DNA from: a virus
Taxonomy: Duplodnaviria; Heunggongvirae; Uroviricota; Caudoviricetes
Virus record (IMG/VR): IMGVR_UViG_3300033075_000957
Coordinates: 128,001-156,166 of that record
Reading direction: 5' to 3' (one strand)
DNA: 28,166 bases
Each line of letters begins with the position of its first letter. Within the stretch, counting starts at the first letter, position 1. A model generated the notes under the pieces. The model searched no databases and was not told where the DNA came from. It saw only the letters and a program-made list of their open reading frames with translations. Shown one piece after another: positions 26,936 to 28,166 of this stretch. A program made the translations under genes and the position numbers.

Positions 26936-27227
26936 TAAATGAAACAATGATAGGTCCACGTATCACCCTCCATTAATGGCACGTTTGTGTCTTGGGATAT
27001 CCCTGTTGGATCGGTGAGAATGGATAGTCCGACAATAATAAAGGACAATCTGACAATGCTCTAGACATTAATATGGAGCAGCAAAGTCAGACACTAAATC
27101 AGGTACTCTGACGCTTTGCGAAATTAACTAGTCCCAAAGCGTTGGAAATCCTGCTATCGTTTTTTGATAAAACGCTGGTTTTGTTCGGCCTTGTGACCGA
27201 GGCCCTTAACGATATAAGGGGACGAAT

Positions 27228-27455
27228 ATGTCATTCAAAATTGGCGAGCGTGTTTCCGCCGATATCTCTGTAGCACAACCTACTGGTCCTAATCGTATCT
27301 ATTACAATAAAACAGGGAAGATCATCGAGGTTCGGGATAATTCGTTGGTGCAGATACGTTTTGATGAACCAATCGATGCGGGAACAGAGCGTGAAATAAG
27401 AACTGTTTATGCGAAGGCAAGGAATTGCGTTTACTGTTTGAAGGGAGAAGCCTGA
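27228..27455 (+). CDS. Small SH3/KOW-like beta-barrel protein, paralog 2
   Basis: 33 of 69 ungapped identities to 24666..24878 (hand count); AAGGGG SD. Confidence 0.82.
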   Translation: MSFKIGERVSADISVAQPTGPNRIYYNKTGKIIEVRDNSLVQIRFDEPIDAGTEREIRTVYAKARNCVYCLKGEA

Positions 27456-27456
27456 T

Positions 27457-27519
27457 AAGCAGTTTATTTCGGCAAAATTATACACTAAAATACTTTTAGT
27501 TCGAATCCAGCATCGCTCA
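27457..27519 (+). pseudogene. Decayed tRNA / tRNA 3' remnant
   Basis: 27499-27521 matches the 3' end of the intact tRNA (24631-24653) at 20 of 23 nt, while the 5' half no longer pairs. Confidence 0.55.
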
Positions 27520-27899
27520 TTGAAGAGAGAAAGAGATCGCCACATGGTCCCTTATGAAAAGATAGGCGTGACGGAGGAAGAGTACATTAGGCTGACTCTT
27601 CTGTACCGTTCAGGGCGTTATTCCTTTCCTCTTGGGGGATAGGATGCGTGAATAGTCTACAATGACTACAATGGGTCTAGGTCGAACGCTGTTTTTAACG
27701 AAATAATGACCACGCTGTTAGGGGATAAAATGGTCAATCCCCTATTCTAATAGTGCTTTCAAAAAAGCCTATTTTTACAGCACCAAATGAACTTCTGACC
27801 CCCCTCCGGATCAACAAAAAGTATACAAGAAGACTAGTGTATCCAGATTTGATCACTTTTCACACTTCCCACCCTCTATAACCATGACAGAGAGGTAAG

Positions 27900-27983
27900 T
27901 TATCCACATTCCTTTTTCGAGGAAAAGTGGCGTTTTTAGCGTAAAAAGGGCGTTTTTGGGGATTTATTCACATATTATCCACA
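27900..27983 (+). promoter_or_regulatory. DnaA-box cluster 2
   Basis: TTATCCACA (27900-27908), TTATTCACA (27964-27972) and TTATCCACA (27975-27983). Confidence 0.7.
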
Positions 27984-28166
27984 TTTTCGTCAAATATTTA
28001 AGACAATATTCAACCAACCAGTTGAACATCCCTCCCCACTCCCTCCCCTCCCTCCCCTTCTCCTTACTCTTATAGATATAGAATGCTTATTATTACGCTA
28101 ATAATGAGGTTTTTCACTGTTTTTGGCCCTTTCACCGCGTGGTGAAATAGATATATCAATTCAGAT

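Noticed and set aside
23655-27227. tmRNA, RNase P RNA, T-box, or group I/II intron as the identity of the structured regions
   Set aside because: I did not find their hallmark sequences by eye. An Rfam scan is needed to exclude them properly.
18253-27610. Closing-stem elements as a CRISPR array or MITE terminal repeats
   Set aside because: There is no regular repeat-spacer period and no cas gene or transposase. No target-site duplications were seen, and G-U-biased mismatches favour RNA pairing.
27544-27642. 32-aa ORF MVPYEKIGVTEEEYIRLTLLYRSGRYSFPLGG
   Set aside because: It is very short with a weak SD and overlaps a closing-stem hairpin, so it cannot be supported.
1-28166. Reverse transcriptase/retron/DGR system or alternative genetic code
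   Set aside because: No RT motif or template/variable repeat pair is visible, and core genes read through intact in the standard code.

Overview
This window is part of a large tailed dsDNA phage genome (Caudoviricetes) and has two divergent halves. Positions 1-17.6 kb (minus strand, AT-richer) hold a late head-and-packaging module: major capsid, decoration protein, protease with nested scaffold, portal, TerL, ERCC4 nuclease, HNH nucleases, gmd, probable TerS and a sigma-like factor. They also hold beta-helix and carbohydrate-active virion-type proteins. A GTGTAT(A/T) motif, probably the phage late promoter, precedes the apparent transcription units. Positions 18.8-28.2 kb (plus strand, visibly GC-richer at 18.8-23.7 kb) look like an early region. 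They contain two paralogous proteins with a C-terminal sigma-4/LuxR HTH, an i-type-lysozyme-like protein, small ORFs, a tRNA(CAT) and much structured non-coding sequence. The best candidate for an undescribed system is a family of about six RNA-like elements, all closed by one covarying stem (ACGRTAC ... GTAYCGT). Two of them share an internal core and each heads a duplicated cassette: RNA, SH3-like protein, DnaA-box cluster, pyrimidine tract, 24-nt motif. A ~1.2 kb GNRA-rich structured RNA region overlaps the second cassette. All calls come from reading the sequence by eye; no searches or folding programs were run.
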